Assembly (NCBI RefSeq): GCF_963921235.1
Contig: NC_086098.1
Coordinates: 8,742,001 to 8,806,000 of the forward strand
Direction: 5' to 3'
Source of the DNA: Mobula hypostoma
Lineage: Eukaryota
Length of the DNA: 64,000 bases
Below the pieces are notes generated by a model that worked only from the letters and a program-made list of their open reading frames with translations, did not search any database and was not told where the DNA came from. A program made the translations under genes and the position numbers. Below are positions 37,601 to 51,391 of this stretch, piece after piece (position 1 is the first letter of the stretch; each line of letters starts with the position of its first letter).

Positions 37601-38039
37601 TGTTAATGTTAGGAATAATTCATCACTGAAAATAGCTCTAGTCTTGTTAGGCAAGGGCAACAGGAATATGGAATAAGGGTGTGTTTAGATGTAGATCAGC
37701 CAGTCCCCAGAGAGGCAGGAGTGGAATTTGGTCACATAAGCCTTGAGGCTATTAAAGTGCCCAAACAACTGATCGGCAACCTCATTCCATGTAATAACTG
37801 TTGTCCCATTTCCCTCAATAACAATCCATCAATCCCAAATTTACAATTAATGATGACCTGGCATTATCTGAATTCCAAACTTCTACTGTTCACTGAATCA
37901 AAGTGGTAGTTTACTTCACTCATTAAAGGCTTACTCCTACATTCAAATGAGCCACGTGCCCGTGAATTGATATCCCATCTATTCCACTGGTTCCCTGTAA
38001 AGTTCTGAAACTCATCTTCTTTGGTCAGGTGTCAGGTCT

Positions 38040-40260
38040 CTCAGTGGGAGAGCGTTATGGAGATAGTGATCACAATTCTATCTCCTTTACCATAGCATTG
38101 GAGAGGGGTAGGAGCAGACAAGTTAAGGAAGCATTTAATTGGAGTAAGGAGAAATATGAAGCTATCAGGCAGTAACTTGGAAGCATAAATTGGGAACAAA
38201 TGTTCACAGGCAAATGTGCAGCAGAAATGTGGCAAATGTTGAGGGGATATTTGCGTGGAGTTCTGCATAGGTACGTTCCAATGAGACGGAAAAGATGGTA
38301 GGGTACAGGAACCATGGTGTACAAAGGCTGTTGTAAATCTAGTCAAGAAGAAAAGAAAAGCTTACGAAAGTTTCAAAAAACTAGGTAATGATAGAGATCT
38401 AGAAGATTATGAGGCTAGCAGGAAGGAGTTTAAGCATGAAATTAGGAGAGCCAGAAGGGGTCATGAGAAGGCCTTGGCAGACAGGATTAAGGAAAACCCC
38501 AAGGCATTGTACAAGTATGTGAAGAACAAGAGGACATGAGAGAATGGGACCAATCAAGTGTGACAGTGGAAAAGTGTGTATGGAACCGGAGGAGATAGCA
38601 GAGGTACTTAATGAATACTTTGCGTCAGTATTCACTACAAAAAAGGATCTTGGCAATTGTAGGGATGATTTACAGCGAAGTAAGAAAGAGGATGTGCCAG
38701 AGCTTTTGGAAAGCATCAAGTTGGATAAGTCTCCGGGACCAGGCAAGATGTACCCCAGACTACTATGGGAGGTGAGGAAGGAGATTGCTGAACCTCTGGC
38801 AATGATCTTTGCATCATCACTGCTGATGGGAGAGGTTCTGGAGAATTGGAGGGCTGCAGATGTTGTTCCCTTATTCAAGAAAGGGAATAGAGATAGCCCA
38901 GGAAATTATAGACCAGTGAGCCTTACTTCAGTGGTTGGTAAGTTGATGGAAAAGATCTTGAGAGGCAGGGTTTATGAACATTTGGAGAGGCACAATATGA
39001 TTAGGAATAGTCAGCGTGGCTTTGTCAGAGGCAGGTAATGCCTTATGAGCCTGATTGAATTTTTTGAGGATGTGACTAAACACATTGATGAAGGTAGAGC
39101 AATAGATGTAGTGTGTATGGATTTCAGCAAGGCATTTGACAAGGTACCCCATGCAAGGCTTGTTGAGAAAGTAAGTAGGCCTGGGATCCATGGGGACCTT
39201 GCTTTATGGATCCAGAATTGGCTTGCCCACAAAAGGCAAAGAGTGGTTGTAGATGGTTCATGAATATGCATGGAGGTCAGTGACCAGTGTTGTGCCTCTG
39301 TTTTGGGACCCCTTCTCTGTGATTTTTATAAACCACCTGGATGAGGAAGTGGAGGGATGGGTTAGTAAATTTGCTGATGACACAAAGGTTGGGGGTGTTG
39401 TGGATAGTGTGGAGGGCTGTCAGAGGTTACAGTGGGACATTGATAGGATGCAAAACTGGGCTGAGAAGTGGCAGATGGAGTTCAACCCAGATAAGTGGTA
39501 GGTCATTTATGATGGCAGAATATAGTATTAATGGTAATTCTCTTGGCAGTGTGGAGGATCAGAGGGATTTTAGTGTCCAAGTCCATAGGATGCTCAAAGC
39601 TGCTGCGCAGGTTGACTCTGTGGTTAAAAAGGCATACGGTGCATTGGCCTTCATCAATCGTGGGATTGAATTTGAAAGCCGAGAGGTAATGTTACAGCTA
39701 CATAGAACCCTGGTCAGACCCCGCGGAGTACTGTGCTCAGTTCTGGTCACCTCACTACAGGAAGGATGTGGAAACTATAGAAAGGGTGCAGAGGAGATTT
39801 ACAAGGATGTTGCCTAAATTGGGGAGCATGCTTTATGAGAATAGGTTGAGTGAACTTGGCCTTTTCTCCTTGGAGCGACGGAGGATGAGAGGTGACCTGA
39901 TAGAGGTGTATAAGATGATGAGAGGTATTGATCGTGTGGGTAGTCAAGAGGCTTTTTCCCAGGGCTGAAGTGGCTAACATGAGAGAGCACAGTTTTAAGA
40001 TGCTTGAAAGTAGGTACGGAGGAGATGTCAGGGGTAAGTTTTTTATGCAAAGAATGGTGAGTACGTGGAATGGGCTGCCGGTGACGGTGGTGGAGGTGGA
40101 TACAATAGGGTCTTTTAAGAGACTCCTGGATAGGTACATGGAGCTCAGAAAAATTGAGGGCAATGGGTAACCCTGGGTAATTTCTAATGGAAGTACATGT
40201 TCGGCACAGCATTGTGGGCCGAAGGGCCTGCATTGTGCTGCAGTTTTTCGATGTTTCTGT
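38040..40260 (+). mobile_element. CR1 LINE ORF2 and 3' UTR, decayed
   Basis: KSPGP, GNYRPVSLTSVVGKLME, MDFSKAFDKVPH, KFADDTK, RRRMRGDLIEVYK motifs. Confidence 0.9.
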
Positions 40261-41233
40261 AAACTCTCCTGATTGAACCACTGGACTCTGGGTAAAACTA
40301 ATTTAGTAAATATACATTACATTTGCTTCATACATAATCCTTTTAAGGCAGAGCTCAGGGCTACTCATAGTATAACAGTCTACCATGAAGGAGGCCATTC
40401 GGCCGATTGTGTCTGCTCTGCCATTCCATTATGGTTGATTTATTATCCCTCTCAGCCCCATTATCCTTCCTTCTCCATGTAACCTTTGACATCCAAACTA
40501 GTGAAGAGCCTATCAACTTCCTCCTTAAATACACCCAATGAGTTGGCCACCGCAGCCGCCCTTGACAATAAATTCCATAGATTCACCACCCTCTGGCTAA
40601 ATTTCTATTGCTTCGGTTTTTTTTCACTATTTAATAAGTGCTTTGGATTTATCCACTTTTAGCCAGTGTGCATGAGCTGAGAAACAGTACGTACACACAC
40701 CATCCTCTGGGCCTGCATTGGTGGAGCGTATTTGTTTTAGTGGTGATGTTAGGAGTAGGAATAGTGTGGCCTTTTAAATCCATAAAAAAGTATAACTTCG
40801 TTATTCAAAAGTAACACCACTACTTTGAAGTCACTTTGAATATGAAAGTTTTTAGTTACTTTTTTCTTTTACGTATTGAAAAATTCACCCATAAAGATGG
40901 GAGAGTGAAAATTCTCATATTTCAATTTTATGCAGAGTTGCTTCAGTTCAATTTAGGCTTGACTAAATATGATTTGTTTTTTAACTGTCCGTGGATCTAT
41001 TTGCAATGAGAACCAAAATAACATTTGCCACCTCATCAAGAGCAGTCATTTTAGTTTTTAACTCCCAAAATAGCTATTCACTGGAGCTCTCCTCAAAGTA
41101 TGGCAGAGTATTAAATGCATATGTTGTTATTATTAGTTTTCAGATATTTTTTAAAAATATATATCACGAAATAATAAGTTCTGCAATGTATGGATCTATT
41201 TCTTTTGGAGCAATGACACCCCCCCCCACCCCC

Positions 41234-44200
41234 AGCACTACATATTGATCTGTTGTCCGCATGTGCATTGTTCTCTACGCATGTGCGTGCGCATTGGAGG
41301 TGCTAAAGACCTACACGGTGAAAAAGTTTTCCTCAAAGGCAAACTGAAGGTGAATGTGACATATGGAAGCCAAACATAGCAGGTGGAGCTTTATGTATTG
41401 AAAAGTGGAGAGCCAAAACTTTCTGGACATGAATGGTTGAGGAAAATCCAACTAGACTGGCACTCAATCAAAGGTGTCTGTGATCAAAGGTGCATGAACA
41501 GGCAACGGCAGTCCAAATCGTAGCACTCGCCAGCGACTGGCGCAGCTGCTTAATACTAATGAGAGAAGGTGTTCGAGAAGGGGATCAGTAAACTCAAAGG
41601 CACGAAGCCCAGAATTGAATGGAATGAAGCAGCAACACCAAGATTTCACAAAGCTCATCCAGTGCTTTACGTACTGTGTCCTAAAGTGGATACTGAACTG
41701 CAGAGGTTGGAGGCGTCTGGAATTCTTTCCAAGGTTAAGTGGAGCGATTGGGCCATGCCCATTGACCCGGTGATCAAGAAAGGGAAGACTGGAGCTGTTC
41801 GTATCTGTGAGGATTTCAAAGTGAGCATTGACCCACTGCTGCACACTGTGCAGTATTCTCTGCCACGAATAGAAGACACTTTTGCATCTTTGGCATGCAG
41901 GGAGAGGTTTTCAAAGATTGACTGCAAATGGAGATTGAGGAGTCAAGCAGGAAGTTCCTTACAATCAACACACACAAGGGACTGTTCCAGTAGAATCATC
42001 TTGTCTTTGGCATCGCATCAGCTCCAGCAATTTGGCAAAGAACACAATGTTGCCTTGATAACATCATTGTGACTGGCAAAAATGATAAAGAGCACCTCTA
42101 GAACTTTGGTAACGTGCTTACCGGGCTGAGTGAGTATGGTCTGTGGACAAAGAGAGAGAAATGTGAGTTTTTCAGGAATGAAATCTCATACTGTGGACAT
42201 GTCATTGACAAGCAGGGCTTTCATAATTTACGAGAAGATTGAAGCAGTGCTGCAGGCCCCCAAACGGGAAAATGTGTCACAACTCAGGTCATACTTGGGC
42301 CTTGTAAACTATTACTATAGGTTTCTCCCGAACATTGTCAGAGTGCTGCATCCATTGAACACACTGTTACAGATAGGAGCAAAGTGGGAATGGTCAGAAA
42401 GATGAAAGAGCATTCAAGGAAACAAAAAGACTAATAACATTAAATCAACTGCTCACCCATTATGAACCGTCTCTGCCCATCAGACTGGCGTGTGATGCGT
42501 CCCCTTATGGCATTGGTGCCATTTTGTCACACACTATGAAAGATAGATTTGAACGTCCGATTGCATTTTCTTCAAGATCACTGATGAGCGCAGAATGCAA
42601 CAACGCACAGGTTGACCAAGAGACCCTTAGTCTAGTCTGTGGAATAAAGAAGTATACCTCTACGAGCAGAAGTTTACGCTAGTGACAGATCACCAGCCCC
42701 TTGTGTCCATTTTCAATCCCAGGAAGGGAATTCCAGTGATGTCTGATACTTGGTTACAACATTGGGTACTATTCCTCAAAGCCCACTCTTATAACATCGA
42801 GTTCAAGGCTCCCAAATAACACAGCAATGCTGATGACTTGTCACATCTTCCACTGTTGGCAACTGAAGAAGGAAAGTCTTCGTACTATGACCCAGCAGAC
42901 GTGTTCTATACCGCATTGATGGACCAGTTGCGGGTATCAAATTCTGAAATACAAAGGAAAACAAGGAATGGCCCAATATTGTCAAAAGTCTATGAAATCA
43001 CCATGCAAGGATGGGCAGCTCATGGTAACCCTTTGTACTAGAGTTCTCAGTGAGATGAGACCAACTGTCAGTATGTCAAAGAACACTGATGTGTGGATTT
43101 CATGTTGTGGTTCGTCTTAAACTGCATACCAGACACGATGAAGAGTAGTTTAGAGAAACGTCGACTGAAACTCTTCCAATAGATGCTGCCTGGCCTGCTG
43201 CGTTTACCAGCAACTTTGATGTGTGTTGCTTGAATTTCCAGCATCTGCAGAATTCCTGTTGTTAGCTTAGAGCTACTGGTGGTGGCTGGGAATAAATAAA
43301 CAGATTGAAGGTTTGGCCAAGAGCTGTTCGGGTTGCCAATAAGTTCAAAATGCGCCCCCACAGGCACCATTACACCAATGGGAGTGGCCACTGAGAAAAA
43401 CAATACATATTGACTTTGCTAGACCATTCATGAACTCCATGTCCCTGATTGCTGTGGATGCTCTCTCAAAGTGGCCGGAGGTTATACCAGTGATGTCAAC
43501 CACCTCAGCAAAATCTGTTTCTGCTCTGAGGACTAACTTCACCAGAAACTGCTTACCAAAAAAAATTGTGAATGACAACGTACCACAATACACGTCAGAA
43601 GAATTCCAACTGTTCATGAAGGAAAATGGCTTCTGACATTTCAAGTCAGCTCCTCACTACCCAGCAATGAGTGGTTTAACTTGGATGTTTGGATAAAACT
43701 TTCAGAAGTTCATTAAAGTGATGGACTAGGAGGACATCTCTTTACAGCATGAGGTGAACAAAGTCGTTTTTGTGTATTGGGACTCTGTTCATGTGACAAC
43801 GAATCAAACACCTGCGATGCTGTTCATGAGCAGTAATCAGAGATCTCGTACAGACTTCCTGACACCTGACCCATGGAGGGAAGTACAGAATAAACATTTT
43901 TGGCCAGTTGCCAAATGAAGCAGCATGGAGCTTCAAGATTGGACAGGATGTCCTAGCGCGTGATTACTGAGAAGACAAGTGTACACCCAGTAGGATAGAT
44001 ACAAGAGCTGGAGCACTGATGTACTCATAGCCAGGTGATAATGCTAAGACTTTAAAAGACACTAGTCAGGTCGCACTAGGAGTATTGCCAACAGTTTTGG
44101 GCCCTGTATCTCAGAAAGGATGTGTTGTCATTGGAAAGAGTCCAGAGGAGGTCTACGAGGATCCTTAGCACTACATAGTGATCTATTGTCTGTGCATGCA

Positions 44201-44330
44201 CTGTCACCTACACATGCACATTGCTCCCTCCCCCCCCCATCTCTCCCCCTCGCTGCAATGCGAATACACCAGTTAAAGCTATCTCCCACATGCGTGTTTT
44301 TATTTAATTTATAAGTCGTTGTGCACAGAC
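41234..44330 (+). mobile_element. Degenerate Ty3/Gypsy LTR retrotransposon (RT-RNaseH-integrase) with LTR remnants
   Basis: WAMPIDPVIK..VRICEDFK, YSLPRIED, LRSYLGLVNYY, CDASPYGIGAILSH, FTLVTDHQPL, VDALSKWPEV in Gypsy domain order. The repeat AGCACTACATA(T/G)TGATCT(G/A)TTGTC at 41234 and 44167 marks remnants of both LTRs. Confidence 0.88.
43156..43262. mobile_element. Short Penelope terminal fragment inside the Gypsy integrase region
   Basis: Penelope terminus ...CAGCATCTGCAGAATTCCTGTTG flanked by TAG(T/C)TTAGAG (43146-43155, 43263-43272). Confidence 0.75.
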
Positions 44331-44349
44331 AGAAGTTCTAATTCATTTA

Positions 44350-44473
44350 TGTAGGGTCTGTGCCCGAAATGTCGACTGTTTACTCTTTTCCATAGTTGCT
44401 GCCTGGCCTGTTGAGTTCCTCCAGTAATTTTTGTGTGTTGCTTGGATTTCCAGCATCTGCTGATTTCTCTTGC
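44350..44473. mobile_element. Short Penelope terminal fragment with 14-bp TSD
   Basis: TTCTAATTCATTTA at 44336-44349 and 44474-44487. Confidence 0.8.
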
Positions 44474-46364
44474 TTCTAATTCATTTAATTGGCTTTGGTA
44501 TTAGCGCAAGTGCTTAAGTATTTGAAAATTCTGCGTTAATTGTTTTAAAACTGATTCAGTGGATTTAATTTCTGCTACCGAAGAATTACTACATAACACT
44601 ACCATGCCAAACTCTATGTCCTTTCCTCACACCATGGTACAGCTGGAGGGGGTAATATGCCTGATGCATGACTGTCAAAGAAATATAATTTCCAAGAGAC
44701 ACCCAATGATAGGAACATAGCTCTGCATACCACTCCCATCCATGTACTTAGCCAAATTTCTCTTAACTGTTGAAAGCAAACCTGGATTCTTCTCTTCCAC
44801 TGGCAACTCATTCCACAATGTCATCACCATCTGAGTGAAGAAGATCCGGCTCAAAGAACTTCCAAGTTACATCTAATTAATCTTACTTCTATGTTTTACT
44901 ATTTAGTTTTTTTTTATTCTGCACCTCCAGTTGTCAGGTTTTGCCTTCAATTGCATGTAACTTACTTTCAGAGTCTTTTACCACCATTAATCTCAATGTA
45001 TTGAACAGTCACCTGAATTTCGCAGCATTTAGGACACAATTCCAGTCTTTACATGTGTGCAATTAAACATGGAGATCCAGAAGACACTGTTTGACCCTGT
45101 TTCACTCTTACTATATGTGACTGTATAAAAGCTTGACAACATGCAATATTAGTGAATTTGCAGTACCACGGTGATAGACCCCTGCCAGCATTGCTAGAAA
45201 AAGTTAACATTTGATCATTTCAGTCAACATAACTTTTCGTATGTAATAGATCTTAATTACTGCCAAAAACCTCAGATAGAAAATGATATTTTGCACAGAT
45301 TGTTTTCACTTCTGTTAATCTTCAGCCTGGAATGGATCACAACAGTAATAATTTCCTATCCAATCACAAAGATGGACTGAACTGTTCAATGCACTACTTA
45401 GAGTAGCCCAGAGGTTGCTTATCCTGGGGTTGGAGACCTGTCTGAGTGGGAAAGAGGCTTGTTTCGTTGTTTTTTGTTTTTTTTTGTTGTTGTTGTTGTT
45501 ACTGCTGCTTCTGTTGTTCTGCAGGACGTTGTGGGCATGCTGTGTTGGCACCCGAAGAGTTGGCAACCCTTGTGGGCTGCCCCCAGCACATCTTTGAGCA
45601 TGTTGGTTGTTAACATAAACAACACACTTAACTGTATGTTTCGACGTACATATGATAATAAATCTGAATCTGAATTAGTGTCAGCATATGGCATGCACTT
45701 AATGTCATGGTTATTTGTGCAAATTGTTACTTACTTTTCCCACCATAAGATGAGAATTCAAAGGTATAATAGTTAACTGTTAAAGAATAACAATGGCACA
45801 ACTAGGGAATGACTTTTTTTTGCTTTTGGTGATATTTAAAGGCACATTCCGCTGCCATTAGGACACCTGACTAGGCAACTTCACTGGTGACTACTGAATG
45901 CCCAGACACATTCCAGAGTCCAGAGTGTGCTAAAATTAACTTGGGGTACTTTCTCTGTTAATCAGCAGCTGACAAATTTAGTGTGTCTTATTAATAAGAG
46001 TACTGACATCTCTTCATTAGTAGCCTTTCCAATTGTGCCATGCCAGCAGCTGCCACACCAGTGTTACTGATCTCTGCACAATAATAGGTATAATTTACCC
46101 CACATGAGAGCAGTGCTATTTGTTCAGTGGTGTTGTAACAAGCTGACAATGACCTTTTAAAGGTATATAAAGATAAGGTGAATGGTTACAGTGTTTATCC
46201 TAGGAGAGGGGAGTCTAAAACCAGAGGGCATAGATTTAAGGTGAGAGGAAAAGGAACTAAAGGTGACCCGAGTGGCATTTTTTTTTTTACACAGCATTAT
46301 GTGGAGCCACCTGATAGAGCTGGGTACAGTTACAACATTTAAGAAACATTTAGACAGTTACATG

Positions 46365-46828
46365 CATGAACATTGACTTCTCAAACTTCCGCTAATGCCC
46401 CACCTCCCCCTCGTACCCCATCTGTTATTTATTTATATACACACATTCTTTCTCTCTCTCTCTCCGTTTTCTCCCTCTGTCCCTCTGACTATACACCTTG
46501 CCCATCCTCTGGGATTTTTTCCCCCCCTTCCCCCTTTTCCTTCTCCCTGGGCCTCCTGTCCCATGATCTTCTCATATCCCCTTTTGCCAATCACCTGTCC
46601 AGCTCTTGGCTCCATCCCTCCCCCTCCTGTCTTCTCCTATCATTTTGGATCTCCCCCTCCCCCTCCCACTTTCAAATCTCTTACTAGCTCTTCCTTCAGT
46701 TAGTCCTGACGTGAGATCTCGGCCGGAAACGTCGACTGTACCTCTTCCTAGAGATGCTGCCTGGCCTGCTGTGTTCACCAGCAACTTTGATGTGTGTTGC
46801 TTGAATTTCCAGCATCTGCAGAATTCCT
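46365..46828 (+). mobile_element. Penelope 3' end (end of endonuclease ORF plus terminal repeat)
   Basis: ATGAACATTGACTTCTCAAACTTCCGCTAA (MNIDFSNFR*) followed by the same 3' region as 6641-7030 in reverse orientation. Confidence 0.85.
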
Positions 46829-49800
46829 CGTGGATGGGAAAGGTTTAGATTCTAACCCAACCTGGGGTCCATGGACCCCTCGGTTAATGGTTGAGGTCCA
46901 TGGCATAAAAAAAGATTGGGAACTCTTGATTTTGAAGAATATGGGCCAAATGCAGACAAATAAGAATATTCAGGAAGCCACCTTGGTTGACATGCATGAG
47001 TTGGGTCAAAGGTCTTGTTTCTAAATAATTTAGTGATATATATCAACACTGAAGTTCAATTCCTCAGACGTGAAACAATATTTCACAAAATTATATAGAA
47101 ACAAGACCTTTGGCCCAACTGTTGGCCCACTAAAGTATGGAGGTTCTGTTTCTGTTTTGTAGGGCAACGATGGGACAATATCTGGGATATGATGTACTGT
47201 ATTTGTCTCTTTATTTAAGGAAGAATGTAATTAAGGAGAATGTATTTAAGGAAAAACAGTTCAGAGATTCCTGGAATAGTTCTCCCGTTTTCTGAAGAAG
47301 ATTGAACAGGTTAGGCCTCTAAGTGTAGAAATTCAGAAGAACAAAAGGACTTGTGATGGAAACAAAAGGTCCTGAGAGGTCTTAGGATGGTATATATGAA
47401 AAGGATGTTCCCTCCTGTGGTAAACTTAGAACTAGCAGATGCTGCTTAAACATAGATGTCACTTATTTAAGACAGATGCAGCAAGGTAATGGTATTTTAG
47501 AATATGCTTCATCAAAGGACAGTGGAAATTTTTGAATATTTGTAAAGCAGAGGCAGATTGTCGTTTGGTATTTGAAGTCTAAAGTACATTTATTATCGAA
47601 GTATGTATACCACATGGAACCTTGAGACTCGTCTTCTTGCAAACAGCCACAAAATAAAAAAAATTATGGAATGCATGAAAAACCCCACTCAACAAAGACT
47701 GCCAAATATCCAATGTGTGAGAAAAAAGAGCAAATTGTGCAAACAATAAAAAAAACCAAATAATACAAAGAACATGAACCCCAGAGTGAGTGATTCCACA
47801 GCCACAGAGCCAGTTCGGTGCTGAGGCAAGTGTAGCTGCACCTTGCACAGAATGATAGTAGCAAGAAGAAAGGGAGATGGATCAGATGCAGGCAGGCAGG
47901 ATGGGCTCAGGTGAGCTGACAGAGTAGTCAACTGAATGCCAGTTCATCTTCCGCAGTCAGCCTTGGCATCTTAATCTTTTTAATTTCGCCTGTCACTTCA
48001 ATCCAGCCCAAAGTCGACTGCAGCAATGGCCCTCCCTCCATTCTAGAGAATTCAATTCACCAAATCTACCAAAACCCCAGATTGTTCAGACGGCTCAAAA
48101 TTACAGCTCCCAAAGGGAAATTACAGGCTGCAGATTGCAGTGATTATAGTCTAGAAAAACATACATGTTTTGGAATAGGTAGTAGTTTCGTTAGCTTCCC
48201 ACAAAACTTTGCGGTATATCACCAGCTCCACAAATATTGCGAGAAGCAAGCCTCCTGTGCACTGTGGTGAAGTGGATTTTTTTTTGTTTGAAAGGCCCAC
48301 CGAATATCTGGGGCATTTTAAGAGGTTTATATTCATTGTTCACCACTAACCATAGCCTGTGTTAATTTTAATCAGTCTTGTTGCATTGCACAAAACAATT
48401 GATACTATTCAAGGTATAGAAGTGAGTACAGTGTATTGTGTGTGATTTTACACCCTAAACCTAGCTGGCCTTGAGTGGTTAAGTGTTTATTGTACAGTAC
48501 ACAAGCAACACACACAAAGCGTTGAAGAACTTACAAACTCAGGCAGTATCTATCAAGACTTCTGCTGATGAATAGTTTCGTCCCAATATATATTCTACTC
48601 CTTAGATGTTCCACTCCACCAGTACTTAGTGTGTACTTCTCAAGATTCCAGCATCTGCAGAATCTCTCACACAAAATGCTGGAAGAAGTCAGCAGGTCAA
48701 GCAGCAAGTATTGAGAGGAACAGACAATTGACATATCTGTCAATTCTTTATTCCTCCCCATAGGTGCTGCCTGACCTGCTGAGTTCCTCCAGCATTTTGT
48801 GTGCATTACTCAGGATTCCAGCATCTGTAGAAACTTTTGTGTTTATTATTATTCATGAGCAGCTTACTTTATGGTACGTTTTATTATTTTAGTTTGAAGT
48901 TGGCTGATATTGGTGGTCGTAAGAAACATCTTTAGTGCTGTATTGCATAGTGCCTTTTTAAATCAGTATGAAAAAAAGTGGCAGGAATGAGTGGCATTTC
49001 ACTAAAGTCAGCCCACAAGCCAAAACAGCATCCATTTCTCCATGCTCTTGTTACCTTTGTACAAGAATTAGTGCATACCTTTGCTCAAAATCTCCAGCTC
49101 AGTAATTTAAGTATTAACTGAGATCCCTCATGGCTTCAAGTAACTTTTAAGTCTTTGATTGTAATGTCTCAACTTTACTCAGACAATTCCCAATAAAAGT
49201 CTGCTGCTGATTCAAATTGACAACCATTTGGCACTGTCTGTCAATCCATGTTTACCAATTAAAACATCGGAGCCCTAAGAAGCCTTCTGATAATGAGAAA
49301 CCACTACAGAATCTGGAGTATTTGTGGTGCGTTTGGCATTTTCTCACCTGCTGTTGTTCAAAGTTCAGTCATTGTGATCTGACCAGACAGGGTGAAAATA
49401 AAGCTGCGATTTTTGTTTTAGTAGATAGTGATAAATGTTCAAGTTTACAAGATTTAGGTTATTTATAAGATAATCATGTCTTCCCAAATACAATCTTTAT
49501 ATGAGATTAACAGGACAAATTCTTCGATAATTTCATCTACTTAATTAAAAAACTGCTTACTTAATTGATTTTGACATAAAACTTAAATTTTTTTGGAGAG
49601 GAAATATCTTTCAAGGAGGATTTCTGTTCAAAGGCTGAGTGATTTTTCCTTTAAAGTTAGATGTCATTTCTCAAGTCAGTTTGCAACAGTGTGAAAATAT
49701 AACCAGGGCAGAAGCCTACGAAAAAAGGTCTCAGAGTAAAGAAGCAAAGCTTAGCACAAGGGACTAATATCAGCAAGCCTGTTCTTGCAAACCATCACGT

Positions 49801-49980
49801 AAGAGCCCTTAAATAGTTGCCGTCATCAGCTCTGGTCTCCTGCATATGGTCTCTTAGAACATGTGACAAAAAATGGCGAGAAGACTGAAGTAGCTATTCA
49901 TGTGGTAGGAGTGGTCACTGGATTAAGTTTTAGATATGTTGACAAGACTGTGTGTTCCTAGTTTGAACACTGCAGCCACT

Positions 49981-50066
49981 GCTTCTCTCTCCCTCTCTCT
50001 CTCGCTCTCTCTCTCTTCCCCTTCCTCCCTCCCTCCCCACTGTCTCTGTCTCTCTCTCTCTCTCTC
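49981..50066 (+). repeat. (CT)n / pyrimidine-rich tract upstream of exon 13
   Basis: Visible TCTCTC repeats about 70-160 nt upstream of the acceptor. Confidence 0.8.
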
Positions 50067-50138
50067 AATCCACCTGTAGCAACTGTGTGTGTTCTATTCT
50101 GCCGCTTGACTATTATTGCCTGTTTTTTTGTTCAGCAG

Positions 50139-50203
50139 GCAGTGAACAACAAAGGCGCAGGTCGATTCAGGATTTGACAATTATTGGAACTGAATCTAAT
50201 CAG
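50139..50203 (+). CDS. MAP3K7: MAP3K7 coding exon (exon 13 equivalent), NAGNAG acceptor (alternative start 50136)
   Basis: tttttttgttcagcag|GC AGT GAA... = GSEQQRRRSIQDLTIIGTESNQ|gtaaga. RRRSIQDLT is the conserved TAK1 phospho-motif. 65 nt, phase 1 to 0. Confidence 0.95.
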
Positions 50204-50742
50204 GTAAGACTTGGTCATTTTAAAAAAATTAGTCTTGTAGCATCTCAAAGGCCAACGTGATGCTAAAATTGTTCAATTATATTAAGCCAAGAGCATTTTA
50301 AAATGTCAGATAATGGATTTGAAAGAGGTTTTTGAAGTACTTAAAAGGAGCTGATAAATAAACTCCCACTTGATGTTGTCAGCCTTTTCATCAGGTGCTT
50401 GATCGACTTGATAGGTGTGTACAAGATGAAACGAGGCATAAATAGAGTGGATAGCCAGAGCCTTCCCCCCCCCCCACCCCCAGGGCGGACATAGTTGATA
50501 CCAGGGGTCGTATTTTTAAGGTGATTGCAGGCAAGTACAGGAGGGGGATGCCAGAGGTAGGTTTTTCTCGCTGGAACGCACTGGCAGGGTGGTGATTCAG
50601 GCAGATATTTAAGAGATTCTTAGATAGGCACAGGGGGGTGGGAAGTGTTAGATTGATCTTAGAGCAGGTTAAGTGGTCAGCACAGCTTTGTGGGCTGAAG
50701 GGCCTCTAGTGTGCTATACTATTGGATGTTCTATGCTCTATC

Positions 50743-50821
50743 CAGGAGTTCCCCACCTGGGATCCACAGACCCCTTGCTTAATGGTAATAGTCCATAGAG
50801 TGAAAAGGTTGGGAACCCCCG
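50743..50821. mobile_element. Tiny hAT-Charlie-like MITE (related copy at ~46855-46927)
   Basis: CAGGAGTTCCCCACC ... GGTTGGGAACCCCCG imperfect TIRs. 8-bp TSD not clean. Confidence 0.5.
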
Positions 50822-51230
50822 CTCTGTGCTCTGTGCTAGATGTATATGTTCTTTGTTCTGCTCTGTATTCTATATTCAATCTCCTGATGCAGCACCACTT
50901 GCTCATGCTGTCTGGGAACTTTCAATCTCCATGTGCTGACATAGAGGAGCGTGTGAACAGGTTGTTCAGCCCACTGACTGTGATGTCAAATTAAACTGAT
51001 GCCATCTCCATTTCTCTACTCTCTGTCGGATCATGTGTCTGCCAAAATGCTGCTATCAAAACTGCTTCTACCGCCACCCCTGGCAGCAGGTTGTGGACTT
51101 ACTACACTCCCTGTATATAAAAAAAAGGCTTACCTCACATGTTTGCTTTAACTCCTGGAGATTTTCCCAATAGTGGCAGAGTCTAGGAGCTGAGGTAAGA
51201 TTTTTACACAGAGAGTGGTGAGTGTGTGGG

Positions 51231-51391
51231 ATAGAAACATAGAAAATAGGTGCAGGAGTAGGCCATTCGGCCCTTCGAGCCTGCACCGCCATTCAGTATG
51301 ATCATGGCTGATCATCCAACTCAGAACCCTGTACCAGCCTTTCCTCCATACTCCCTGATCCCTTTAGCCACAAGGGCCATATCTAACTCCC
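51231..51391 (-). mobile_element. 3' end of a CR1 closely related to the young family
   Basis: ATAGAAACATAGAAAATAGGTGCAGGAGTAGGCCATTCGGCCCTTCGAGCC is identical to the start of copy 3, with some divergence further in. Confidence 0.85.

Noticed and set aside
45415..45776. Hydrophobic ORFs with poly-Leu/Val resembling signal or TM peptides
   Set aside because: They arise from a (TTG)n/T-rich microsatellite next to a SINE/LINE tail remnant.
49200..49980. Non-repetitive block before exon 13 as an internal promoter for a C-terminal-only isoform
   Set aside because: No CpG island, clear core promoter or supported first exon is visible, so it cannot be supported from sequence alone.
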